64,000 bases of DNA from a virus (Duplodnaviria > Caudoviricetes). Position numbers and translations under genes: made by a program. The notes below the pieces were generated by a model. That model was not told where the DNA came from. It ran no database searches and saw only the letters and a list, made by a program, of their open reading frames with translations. The DNA lies in IMG/VR virus record IMGVR_UViG_2791355224_000001, positions 1 to 64,000 of that record, one strand, 5' to 3'. Of this stretch, positions 19,035 through 27,899 are shown piece after piece; positions within the stretch are counted from its first letter, which is position 1, and every line of letters begins with the position of its first letter.

Positions 19035-19186
19035 CAAAACGTGTGTTCTCTTTATTAAATCCGCTAGGCATTACGGTGTCGGTACGCATCCCCTACGCAA
19101 CAATTACGCTAGTCCTACGAACCGCAAAATACGGAATCCTATACGCCTGCATTCGCTTTATTCGTTATTTACGACGAGTAATCCGA

Positions 19187-20185
19187 ATGGAGGCGTTTAT
19201 TATTGAACGGAAAAGACGCGTTAACCTCGCGGCTGCTGGCCGCAAATCCTCTACGGTAGAACTTCCGCTGGAATCCGCCGACTTTGATTGTGCGGTCTAC
19301 TCCTTCCTCCGATATTGTCGCATTCGTAACCTATCCGGCAATACCGTCGATTTTTACCGCGATGTTCTAAAAGAGCTAGAGAAACAACTCGCGAGTCAAG
19401 ACGTTACTCGGCCGATTGACATTACGAAAGATAACGTACTGAACGCAATGGATAAAAAGCGAAACGAAAAGATTAAGCGGGGACGTGCGGAAACTCCTTC
19501 TGATGCTACGATGAACAAGCTTATACGCGGATGGCGGGCTTTCTTTAACTGGCTGCATACGGAGGGATTTATCGATCCCAATCCTTTTAACGGAATCGGC
19601 GTTATAAAATCCGAGCGAAGAGTCATCGAGACTTTTTCGAATGCGCAGGTAAAGGCGCTACTGGATGCGCCAAACCGATCTACATTTACGGGATACCGTG
19701 ATTATGTGATCATGCTTACCTTATTGGATACCGGCATCAGAATTAGCGAATTGGCCTCGTTAAGAGTTACGGATATAAACTGGGGAGATCGGACGTTTAA
19801 GGTGTACGGCAAGGGGCGTAAGGAACGAATTGTACCTTTTTCACGCGCATTAGAGAAGCACTTGAGAGAGTACGTAGAAATACGAGGCACTGTGGATACT
19901 GACTGTTTATTCGTCAATATTGATAACGGCCCGTTTAAGGTCCGCGGTATCCAGCAGGCTATACAGCTTTACGGAAGGGACGCAAGAATAAAAGGAGTTC
20001 GGGTAAGCCCGCATACGTTTCGCCATACCTTCGCTAAAATGTACATAATGAACGGTGGCGACTCGTTTAGCCTACAGAAGATCCTCGGGCATACCTCGCT
20101 CGAAATCGTAAAAATGTACGTAAATTTGTTTAGTACGGATGTAGCGAAACAGCACGCCAAGTTTTCTCCATTGGAACGCCTATAA
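19187..20185 (+). CDS. int: tyrosine recombinase / phage integrase (start ATG 19187 or ATT 19202)
   Basis: SAM-like N-domain, LLDTGIRISEL, GKGRKER, HTFRHTFA, LGHTS...Y. Confidence 0.95.
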   Translation: MEAFIIERKRRVNLAAAGRKSSTVELPLESADFDCAVYSFLRYCRIRNLSGNTVDFYRDVLKELEKQLASQDVTRPIDITKDNVLNAMDKKRNEKIKRGRAETPSDATMNKLIRGWRAFFNWLHTEGFIDPNPFNGIGVIKSERRVIETFSNAQVKALLDAPNRSTFTGYRDYVIMLTLLDTGIRISELASLRVTDINWGDRTFKVYGKGRKERIVPFSRALEKHLREYVEIRGTVDTDCLFVNIDNGPFKVRGIQQAIQLYGRDARIKGVRVSPHTFRHTFAKMYIMNGGDSFSLQKILGHTSLEIVKMYVNLFSTDVAKQHAKFSPLERL

Positions 20186-20202
20186 ATCGTTAACACAAGA
20201 CG

Positions 20203-20243
20203 TAGCGCTCAGTTCTTCGGGATTGGGCGCTATTTTTTTTTTT
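20203..20243 (+). terminator. intrinsic terminator after integrase
   Basis: TAGCGCTCAGTTC-TTCG-GGATTGGGCGCTA followed by a long T run. Confidence 0.85.
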
Positions 20244-20308
20244 GCAAAAAAGTGAGCGAGACGTGACTAGTCTCCGTTGAGATAATTGTAGGAGGAAATA
20301 TTTTCGCG

Positions 20309-20355
20309 AAAAGTGTGCGGAATTGAAGCGAACTTTCTATATAGCGATATGAGCG
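20309..20355 (+). promoter_or_regulatory. phage-specific promoter-like motif, copy A
   Basis: TGTGCG-N14-YTTCTAT; near-identical copy at 39327 and same spacing at 29220. Confidence 0.6.
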
Positions 20356-20414
20356 TAAATTTCCACTAACTTGCGAGACCTCGACAAAAAGTAGAGGCGA
20401 AAGGAGGCGTAATA

Positions 20415-20692
20415 TTGGACGCTCGGGACCGATTGGAAGCCCATCTAATTTGGAGATCGCACGTTGCTTTGAGATATCAGAGTCCTATGAAACGTATAAG
20501 AGATTTTTAAGAGCTTATGGTATCCCCTACCGCTATATAGATCGTAACTATGGAGGAAGAGAGGCCATTTCACAGGGGTATGACTTTGAGCGGAGGTTAG
20601 GCAATATTCTTAGCATTATTTACCCGGTTGTAGAGCAGTGGCCAAAAATAGGAATCTGTATTCCAGATTTTATAATAAACGGCTCAGAATAG
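20415..20692 (+). pseudogene. hypothetical gene, apparently frameshifted
   Basis: AAGGAGG + TTG at 20415 opens a short frame; a longer 80-codon frame continues from 20450 in the -1 frame. Confidence 0.35.
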
Positions 20693-20773
20693 GTTGACGC
20701 TAAACTAAGCGCCCATAGTGTGCGTGACTCCCGGTGCCGGACGGTTGAGAAATACGAAGAGGAGGCAGATGTT

Positions 20774-20944
20774 CTGACGATTTACTACGCTCGTGGAAAA
20801 AGGGAGCCGTTTAAGTACGGGATTGCTAACGTACTTCACGTATCCGCATTGTTTCCTGCACTATTGGCCGCTGGGCGTCCTGACTTAATAGCGGACATGA
20901 AGAAATTTATATCCAGCGTTTCTTTTAAGGAGGAGGTTGCATAA
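20774..20944 (+). CDS. hypothetical protein (probable CTG start)
   Basis: GAGGAGG 8 nt before in-frame CTG; stop overlaps the next ATG. Confidence 0.5.
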   Translation: MTIYYARGKREPFKYGIANVLHVSALFPALLAAGRPDLIADMKKFISSVSFKEEVA

Positions 20945-21378
20945 TGACCAGCAATGCTCAGGTGGAACAAAAACTCGTCAGCATCGAATCCCAAACGGAA
21001 TACTCCGTAACTTCCGGGGCAACCGAAACGCGCATCTTTGTAAAAATGTACGTGGATGCCGCAAAAGCGGGTCTCATAGCGGATATGGGCGCCCAGAATT
21101 GGACGACACTTTGCGTGATCGCTTCGTTTATGGATGCGGCCGGTAACTGCTATCCAACGCAGGAGCAGATTGCGCGATACCTCGGAGTTAACCGACAGAC
21201 AGCGAACAAGTACGTACGTAATCTCGTAAACTATCGGTGGCGGGGGCATCCAGTGATTCGCGCAATTAGAAAAAGGGGCGAGGGGAGTGGGCGCTGGGAA
21301 AATACGCGCTATACAGTTCTTCCTATCAGTCAGCTTGCGATATTCAATGCGGAACCAGGTGCTCTTGATAGCGGCTAA
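20944..21378 (+). CDS. HTH_36-type winged-helix protein (replication-initiator-like)
   Basis: GNCYPTQEQIARYLGVNRQTANKYVRNL...NTRYTV. Confidence 0.75.
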   Translation: MTSNAQVEQKLVSIESQTEYSVTSGATETRIFVKMYVDAAKAGLIADMGAQNWTTLCVIASFMDAAGNCYPTQEQIARYLGVNRQTANKYVRNLVNYRWRGHPVIRAIRKRGEGSGRWENTRYTVLPISQLAIFNAEPGALDSG

Positions 21379-21673
21379 GTCCATGTCCGCGTGCACCGAC
21401 ATGGTGATCACCAACTTGGTAAATGTGGCACTAACTATAATCACTATTAACTAGAGCCATTAAGAACTAGATAAATAATACCGAATGATTTAAGACTCTA
21501 TCGCTTCGGAAATAAATTTCCTTGCGAGACGATTAATAAATAAACCAATAACGAAACACTTAGCGTTCCTAGATAAGATATTGATGGATTAGATACGCGA
21601 AGAAGTTTATTCGAAGAAGAAAAACCCTAACGGACCCGGCCGCGCGCCGCCCGTAAGAAACGGAGGCCCCACG

Positions 21674-22357
21674 ATGACTTACGCACCAACCCGCACCTTT
21701 CCCGATAACCCGCTTCTCGGTCCGCTATCTCGCGCCGACTTCATTACCGCCAATTTGCCGCTCGTCCACAAGGTCGCGAGCCGTTACGTTACTGTTTCCC
21801 GTGCTTTTCGCGTGGAATTAGCGGACATTATCGGCGAGGGGAGTATCGGACTCATAAACGCTTACGACCGCTATAACGACGCAAAAATCACGTTTGGAAC
21901 GTACGCTTATAGCCAAATAAGCGGCCGCATCCAGAATTACTTTCGCGATAAGGTGGGCGACGTTAGTATCCCCGCGCGCTTGGTCGAATTGTCGCGCAAA
22001 GTTATCACCGACAACCTTGAAGACGCATCCCCGGAAGTGATCGCGGAGAGCCTCGGCATTAGCGTGAATAGAGCGAAGAATGCTGCCATGTGTGCCAAGG
22101 CCCGGTTTGCCTCACCGATCGACAACGTGGACAATGACGCTAGTATCTTCGCGAGAGTTGATGATGTTAGCCACGTTGATGTCGCCCAGTTTATCGGTAA
22201 GCAGCCGGAACGACAGCGCCAGATCGCACGCTTATTACTAGCCGGTAAGACAAATCGCGAGATCGCGTCAGTAATCGGAGTCAGCCAGGGGCGCGTTACG
22301 CAGCTTATCACCCGTCTACGTAAAGACTGCGCTGCAGAGTTCGAAATTGCCGCTTAA
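21674..22357 (+). CDS. phage sigma-70 family factor (SigB/SigF/SigG-like)
   Basis: NLPLVHKVA.RY, D..GEG.IGLINAYDRY, FGTYAY..I.G.I..YFRD, region 4 REIASVIGVSQGRV. Confidence 0.9.
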   Translation: MTYAPTRTFPDNPLLGPLSRADFITANLPLVHKVASRYVTVSRAFRVELADIIGEGSIGLINAYDRYNDAKITFGTYAYSQISGRIQNYFRDKVGDVSIPARLVELSRKVITDNLEDASPEVIAESLGISVNRAKNAAMCAKARFASPIDNVDNDASIFARVDDVSHVDVAQFIGKQPERQRQIARLLLAGKTNREIASVIGVSQGRVTQLITRLRKDCAAEFEIAA

Positions 22358-22383
22358 TAAAAATCGAAACGGAGGTATTACGC

Positions 22384-22737
22384 ATGTCTAAATTAAACGT
22401 ACAGCTTAACGCCAACTACCGCTTAACAACGGACGGGACGCAGTTCATCCTCAAACAGCGCAAGCTCGTAGACCCCACGAAAGCGCCCGGCTACAAGCCT
22501 GAACCAGGCGTTCCGTCTCCGGAGCTCCGCGAAACCTGGCCGGACGCAGGCTATTACTCGTATACGCCGGGCGGCCTCAGTGCGCTGATTAATCACGTTG
22601 TAATCGCGTCTGCAGCCGACAGTGATACGGAAGAGCTGACGGAGTTTACCGAGCTTATCCGTGCGGAGTCGGAGAGGTTAGCCGAAGCTATTAACGCAGG
22701 GTTTAAGCGTGAAATTACCGTTAAATTAGGCGCGTAG
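22384..22737 (+). CDS. hypothetical phage protein
   Basis: GGAGG RBS + ATG, 117 aa. Confidence 0.7.
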   Translation: MSKLNVQLNANYRLTTDGTQFILKQRKLVDPTKAPGYKPEPGVPSPELRETWPDAGYYSYTPGGLSALINHVVIASAADSDTEELTEFTELIRAESERLAEAINAGFKREITVKLGA

Positions 22738-22957
22738 GGCTTGTGGCAGGGTGTTCGGTAGGGTAACGGGGAAGGACGCTGATATGCGCTGAAAACGAGC
22801 AGTTAGAATGGAAGCACCGCATTTACACCGCATTTATTCCCCCAAATCCCCCACGATTTTTGATACGCTTTAAATGACGAAGGAGGTAGCGAATGAACGG
22901 AACATTCGAAACAGTTGACGATATTCTCGATTATTACAACGAAAGGGGCGACGCGAA

Positions 22958-23303
22958 ATGAGTGACGTTAAGAAACCGACTATTCCCATAGAGGTTGCGA
23001 ACGTTATCGAGGAGTTACGCGTTAGGGAGTACGATAATGCTGGACTTATCTCTATAGCCCTGCGGACAGGCGGCGGACTTCACAACGATACCAAAAACGA
23101 TGCAGACAATTCCGTTCGACACGCTGCTGGCCACGTTGGTTAACGGATATGAGCGGGAGCTGACGGAGGAGGAACGTGCTTACGCTGCGATACGTGAAGA
23201 GTACGCAGAACTGTCCGATACCGAATTCGCAGAAGGATATGACGCTGGTATTGAATTTACGCTCAACACGCTCGGAATAAAAATCGGAGGGGTGAACGCT
23301 TAA
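22958..23303 (+). pseudogene. phage protein split by a frameshift at an A5 run (23093-23097)
   Basis: two overlapping ORFs join into ...HNDTK/TMQTIPFDTLLATLVNGYE if one A is removed. Confidence 0.55.
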
Positions 23304-23513
23304 ATGAGCGTACTTAAATCAGTAATTCAGCGTGCAGTTCCGTTTCTTGAGAAAGCCGCAATTATCTACTTTGTTACGGGATTACTTCTAGCGTTCATTG
23401 TCTGGGTGTTCGCCGCCATCAAATTAGGGACGTTCGTACTAACGATCATTTTCGGACCTATCCTATCCGTAGTACTCATATTCATGTGGATCATAGCGGG
23501 ATTCCCTATATGA
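23304..23513 (+). CDS. small two-TM membrane protein
   Basis: GGAGGGG RBS; two hydrophobic segments. Confidence 0.6.
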   Translation: MSVLKSVIQRAVPFLEKAAIIYFVTGLLLAFIVWVFAAIKLGTFVLTIIFGPILSVVLIFMWIIAGFPI

Positions 23514-23797
23514 AATCAGCAGTGAGGCAATTCTCAATATAATAATGAAAATATGCGAACGGCCGAGATAAACGGAGCATAAACGAGATTGCGTCGTTTG
23601 CGTGAAATTCGGAGATGTTACGAAAAATCGTAGTTAAGCGGAAATTATTCGATCTCGTGATTATGAAAACCGATCTTAAGTCGGAAAAATTGGACACAAA
23701 CGAAGGTACACGAAAATAGATTCAGGAAGACAAAACGGACGAATTTGGCGTTCGACCTATTTACGCATATCATTTTATAATCGGAGGTGTCAGACGG

Positions 23798-24316
23798 ATG
23801 ACAACGGAAACTAAACGGGATTTGGCGGCAGACCTAGCGATATGCGAGGCGGCAACGCCGGGACCTTGGCGGAGACTCGCGAAATATGAATGCGCAGTTG
23901 TTAACACCGACACTTTTGCGGAAGTCATAAGCGCAAGGGGAGACGATGCGGTATACGTAGACATTGAACCAGAGGATGAACGCTTTATTCTCGAATCCCG
24001 CGAAGGCTGGCCGCACGCAATCCGGCGGGCAATAGCGGCCGAGGCGGAGGTTGGGCGACAAAAACAGTCGTACCGTAAACTACGTGCGTTACACGACGAA
24101 CAGTGCGCAAGGGCTTCGGAATATTACGCAGAAATGAAAACCCTGCGCGACCACGTAATGACCGTATACCAAAAGGCGCGGAATGACTGCGCACGATGGG
24201 ACGGAGGTCAATGCGTTGGTCTTCCGGTATTCCAAGATCGTGCCTTCGCCAGGCGATTAGTTCGCGACTTAGAGCCGATTCTATTTCCGGAGGTGCCTGC
24301 GGATGCCGCGTCCTAA
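23798..24316 (+). CDS. phage protein with Ead/Ea22-like ATPGPW motif
   Basis: DLAICEAATPGPW...FILESREGWPHAIRRA. Confidence 0.65.
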   Translation: MTTETKRDLAADLAICEAATPGPWRRLAKYECAVVNTDTFAEVISARGDDAVYVDIEPEDERFILESREGWPHAIRRAIAAEAEVGRQKQSYRKLRALHDEQCARASEYYAEMKTLRDHVMTVYQKARNDCARWDGGQCVGLPVFQDRAFARRLVRDLEPILFPEVPADAAS

Positions 24317-24707
24317 AATAACCGCTGAGCAACGCAAGGACTGGCGTAACCTCCCGCTTGAGCACTGGAATGTTCGTACTGTTCACGCAATGGTTATCGA
24401 TCTAAATGCGGAGAAGTTCGGTGTCGATACGTACATTCCCCTCCGCGGTTGGGCGTTCGAGCAGGGCGTAATCAAGCGCGCTCTCACAGATTACGGTCCG
24501 GCAGCTCTACGCGAGACGATTGAACGAGCCTTCGCGGAGTATCGGCCGAGTCCAGAATATCCGCAATTGACAGCGGGCTTTCTGATTGCGTACATGCTAC
24601 CGCGGATTATGCCGCAGGTGCTGGCGGAGATGAAGCGGAAAGAGCAGGCGGAGGCAAGGCCGGCTAATGGCGGGATGAGCACGGAGGAGCTGGCGGGTTG
24701 GTTGTGA
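24303..24707 (+). CDS. replication-associated protein upstream of the helicase loader
   Basis: GGAGG RBS; synteny with the DnaC-like gene. Confidence 0.6.
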   Translation: MPRPKITAEQRKDWRNLPLEHWNVRTVHAMVIDLNAEKFGVDTYIPLRGWAFEQGVIKRALTDYGPAALRETIERAFAEYRPSPEYPQLTAGFLIAYMLPRIMPQVLAEMKRKEQAEARPANGGMSTEELAGWL

Positions 24708-24796
24708 CGTTCGCAATTTAGACACGCGAATAAGTATTTACTCGGATTTACGCCAATCCATCCGCGATCTAAACTTAATTACGAAGGAGGAACGCA

Positions 24797-25576
24797 ATGG
24801 GTTCGAGGACACACGCAGACAACTGTATATTAGCAATGCACTGTACTCTTGCTGGCACCAATAAGTGTAACGCACTCTGCTCGTCTTACATCGCTTGTCA
24901 CGGCTATAACGGAGCAGGCGGCCGGATAGCAAACGCAGGTTTGCCGGAAGAGTATCGGCTCGTCACGCTGCAGAACTCGCCAGTACGCACAGATCAGGCG
25001 GAGGCTTATACGGTTATAGATTCGTACGTTAACACTTTCCAGCGTCAGTTTGGTGAAGTTGCTTCGGACAGGCAGCGAATCAAATCGCTATATCTATTCT
25101 CGCTCGAACCTGGCACCGGTAAGACCACGTCAGCGGCCGCAATCCTTAACGAATATATCACGCGCCATTATATCGGATCGTTCCAACGCAACAGGCAAGC
25201 GTTGGAACGTCCGGCGTACTTTCTCGACGTTAACGCATGGCAGACGTTATTCCTCGGATTTAACCGTAGTCACGTGCCGCAGGAGACCGCGGAGCCACTT
25301 GCCGCAGAGTATTACGCAATGGAGCAGCGCGCCAAAGCCGCTCCGTTTGCGGTACTCGACGATATTGGCGTACGGTCGGCGTCCGAAGCGTTTCGGGCGG
25401 ACCTGCACGGCGTGATTAATCATCGCGTAGCTAGTGCGCTGCCGACCATCTATACGAGCAACATTCCGATCGAAGAGCTTGCCCAGGTGTTTGACAAACG
25501 GCTAGCGGACCGTGTGCGGGATATGTGCGGAGTGATTCCGTTTAAGGGCGAGAGCAAGCGAGGAATGAGAAAATGA
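24797..25576 (+). CDS. DnaC/IstB-like ATPase (helicase loader)
   Basis: Cys/His-rich N-terminus, Walker A PGTGKT, Walker B AVLDDIG, TIYTSN, R..DR. Confidence 0.88.
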   Translation: MGSRTHADNCILAMHCTLAGTNKCNALCSSYIACHGYNGAGGRIANAGLPEEYRLVTLQNSPVRTDQAEAYTVIDSYVNTFQRQFGEVASDRQRIKSLYLFSLEPGTGKTTSAAAILNEYITRHYIGSFQRNRQALERPAYFLDVNAWQTLFLGFNRSHVPQETAEPLAAEYYAMEQRAKAAPFAVLDDIGVRSASEAFRADLHGVINHRVASALPTIYTSNIPIEELAQVFDKRLADRVRDMCGVIPFKGESKRGMRK

Positions 25577-25835
25577 AATTTTAAGTAAACAGGAGCATAA
25601 GCGAGCATTCCTGTCTTACAACCTATATTTTGAGAGTCAAAAAAATTTACTATCTTATTAATAAATGGATATATAAGTAATTTAATACATGGGTATACAC
25701 CTGTTGAGACCTGTTTAGACTGTCTTTTTTGTAAGATAATTTGTAAGACAGACATTGCACGAAAAATTAAAAATCAGCTAATTTGAGGTTAGTAAACTTT
25801 ACACTACTTAGATTAGAATCGGAGGTGAGCGGTAG

Positions 25836-27224
25836 ATGGCTGTATACGGCGAGCAGCTAATATCAAAGATCGTAGACACCGGCGAAGTTTCAGCGTTGGA
25901 CAAGTACGGAATCACGCGAGATGATTTCCTGACAGATGGTGAGAAACAGGCGTATGATTTCGTTATTAAGTACGGACGGGATAACGGAGGGCGGGCCCCT
26001 TCGTACGCCAGTCTCACCGCTGAGTGTCCGGACATTACGTATATACCAGGCGTAACCGACTCCTTTGCATACTTAGCCGAGCGGATAAAAGATGCGTCGG
26101 GGAAACGTAATGTTGCCGAGTTGTTCAACGGAAAAGTGGACGAACAAACGGGAAGGCGTCTTGAGTCAGAGGTGTCAAAGAAATTCCAAGCGCTTGATAC
26201 GCAAGAGTTTATTACATGGTTGACGAATACTGTCGAAGGAATTAAACTAAAAACAAGAACAAGTGTTCGTATACTGGGTGATATATCCAATGAAACGGAC
26301 CGTTTTCTAGCGGAATACCGCGCACGCAAAGCCGGTGAATCTTACCGCATATGGCTTTCGGCCTTCGCGGCAATTAACGAACAGATCGGCGGTTACCTAT
26401 CGTCAAACATGTATACGTGGTACGCAAGATCCGGACGAGGCAAATCCGTTATCGTCATGGTAGAGGCGATCGAAGCTGCGCTGCAGGGAGCCGTTGTTTT
26501 GGTCTACGCACTAGAGATGTCACGCTTTGAGTGGCTGGCTCGTGCATTCTCGTACTTATCCGCAAAGGCAGGTACGTTCACCGCGCAGATTGCCGGCGTA
26601 GATTACGAAGCAGGCTTTGATAATCGTGCGATGCTCACGGGCCGCCTACCGGAAGAGTACGAACAGCAGCTCGCGGATTTCCTGCGTAATCTCAACGAGC
26701 AAATACCCGGCCGCATTATCTTACGCGCTACGGATGACGAAGGCTTTACGGACCGCTCCGTGCGCCAGCTTGAGGCGGATATTAACGAGGTGCGCGCGGA
26801 TGTAGCCGTAGTCGATCCGATCTATTACATGGATTACGAGGCGAATACATCTAAAACAGCGGGTGGAGACGCGGCAGCTACGTCGAAAAAACTGCGCCTA
26901 ATGGCCGGGCGAACGAGGACAGCGCTTCATGTAATCACGCAGGCTGATGAGAATCCGAACGAAAAGGGCGACGACGGCGTACGCGAGATGAAACCGCCGA
27001 AGCGTGCTGAAATCAAGAAGACGAAGGCGGTCCTGGAGGACGCGGCCAATACGTTCGCCATCGATACTCTGGCGCAGGAAGGACGTGGGATTATTGAACT
27101 CGCGAAGGGTCGTAGCGGTGGGGAAGATACGCGGGTAGAAATCGTGTATTTACCGAATTTCGGTATCGTTCGGGAGATCGTTGATAGCGGGGGAGACAGA
27201 GGGCAGTTTGTAAGTGGATTTTAA
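25836..27224 (+). CDS. DnaB-like (SF4) replicative helicase
   Basis: ARSGRGKS, YALEM, VVDPIYYM, HVITQ, KGRSGG. Confidence 0.88.
   Translation: MAVYGEQLISKIVDTGEVSALDKYGITRDDFLTDGEKQAYDFVIKYGRDNGGRAPSYASLTAECPDITYIPGVTDSFAYLAERIKDASGKRNVAELFNGKVDEQTGRRLESEVSKKFQALDTQEFITWLTNTVEGIKLKTRTSVRILGDISNETDRFLAEYRARKAGESYRIWLSAFAAINEQIGGYLSSNMYTWYARSGRGKSVIVMVEAIEAALQGAVVLVYALEMSRFEWLARAFSYLSAKAGTFTAQIAGVDYEAGFDNRAMLTGRLPEEYEQQLADFLRNLNEQIPGRIILRATDDEGFTDRSVRQLEADINEVRADVAVVDPIYYMDYEANTSKTAGGDAAATSKKLRLMAGRTRTALHVITQADENPNEKGDDGVREMKPPKRAEIKKTKAVLEDAANTFAIDTLAQEGRGIIELAKGRSGGEDTRVEIVYLPNFGIVREIVDSGGDRGQFVSGF
26220..26269 (+). promoter_or_regulatory. internal sigmaA-like promoter with LexA box inside the helicase gene
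   Basis: TTGACG (26220) - 17 bp - TAAACT (26243); AGAACAAGTGTTCG at 26256-26269. Confidence 0.6.
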
Positions 27225-27325
27225 TTTTGGCGTAATGTATAAGTTTACTATTACGTAATATGTTACGTCTTATATTATGTTTCCTGTTCAGAAACATTGA
27301 ATCAGGCAATCTTTTTCAAAGTGTG

Positions 27326-27354
27326 TTGACACAAGAAACATTTTGGAATATTAT
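27326..27354 (+). promoter_or_regulatory. sigmaA promoter of the XRE moron with nearby operator-like palindrome
   Basis: TTGACA-17-TATTAT; ATGTTTC-N7-GAAACAT at 27277-27297 and a GAAACAT half-site in the spacer. Confidence 0.65.
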
Positions 27355-27402
27355 AGCACTACGAAAGATTTAATAGATTTATATAAAAGGAGACGGCTTA
27401 GC

Positions 27403-27882
27403 TTGGATACACTATTATTAGGCGAATTTATCAAGGAAGGTAGAAAACGTAAAGGTTTATCGTTGAGAGGTCTTGCGGAAGCTGCCGGAATAAGTCCGTC
27501 CCAACTTAGTAAGCTTGAAAGGGGGCAAGTAAAGTTACCAGAAGACAGGACACTTGAGCGGTTAGCTGAGACATTAAACGTTGATAAATTTGATTTTTTT
27601 GCTCTAGCTGGTCGGGTCTACACTGAAAAAAACGCCGATCCAACAGAAGAGATTTTACAAGGAATTAAAGAGGTTGCTGCATCTTTAGAGGACTTTCGTA
27701 ATAGCTTCGATGCCGTTCAGGAAGAATCTGAGGACTTTGGGGAAGCTATCTATCAGTTGTTAAGGAGGAAGATGCAACACCTATCTGAAGATCAAGCCAA
27801 AGAGGCTGCGTTAGAAATGAAGTCGGCCTTTGACCTTTGGGAAAAAAGAACAAGAAATGCACGGATTTTTGGCAGAAAATAA
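27403..27882 (+). CDS. XRE-family transcriptional regulator inserted between helicase and primase
   Basis: RKRKGLSLRGLAEAAGISPSQLSKLERG; AT-rich with own promoter. Confidence 0.85.
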   Translation: MDTLLLGEFIKEGRKRKGLSLRGLAEAAGISPSQLSKLERGQVKLPEDRTLERLAETLNVDKFDFFALAGRVYTEKNADPTEEILQGIKEVAASLEDFRNSFDAVQEESEDFGEAIYQLLRRKMQHLSEDQAKEAALEMKSAFDLWEKRTRNARIFGRK

Positions 27883-27899
27883 ATAAAGGGTGTGATTAG

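Noticed and set aside
19035-19186. Group I intron in tRNA-Leu(UAA), as in cyanobacteria
   Set aside because: The break is after the full loop rather than inside the anticodon, no P/Q/R/S core or 3' exon is visible, and an integrase follows directly, so an att site fits better.
18911-19186. N-terminal extension of the integrase in the ORF track (424 aa)
   Set aside because: It runs through the tRNA promoter, tRNA half and att arm; the real start is near 19187-19202.
23091-23100. Programmed frameshift at CCAAAAAC
   Set aside because: Joining needs a +1 shift with no recognisable stimulator; a simple indel or sequencing error is more likely.
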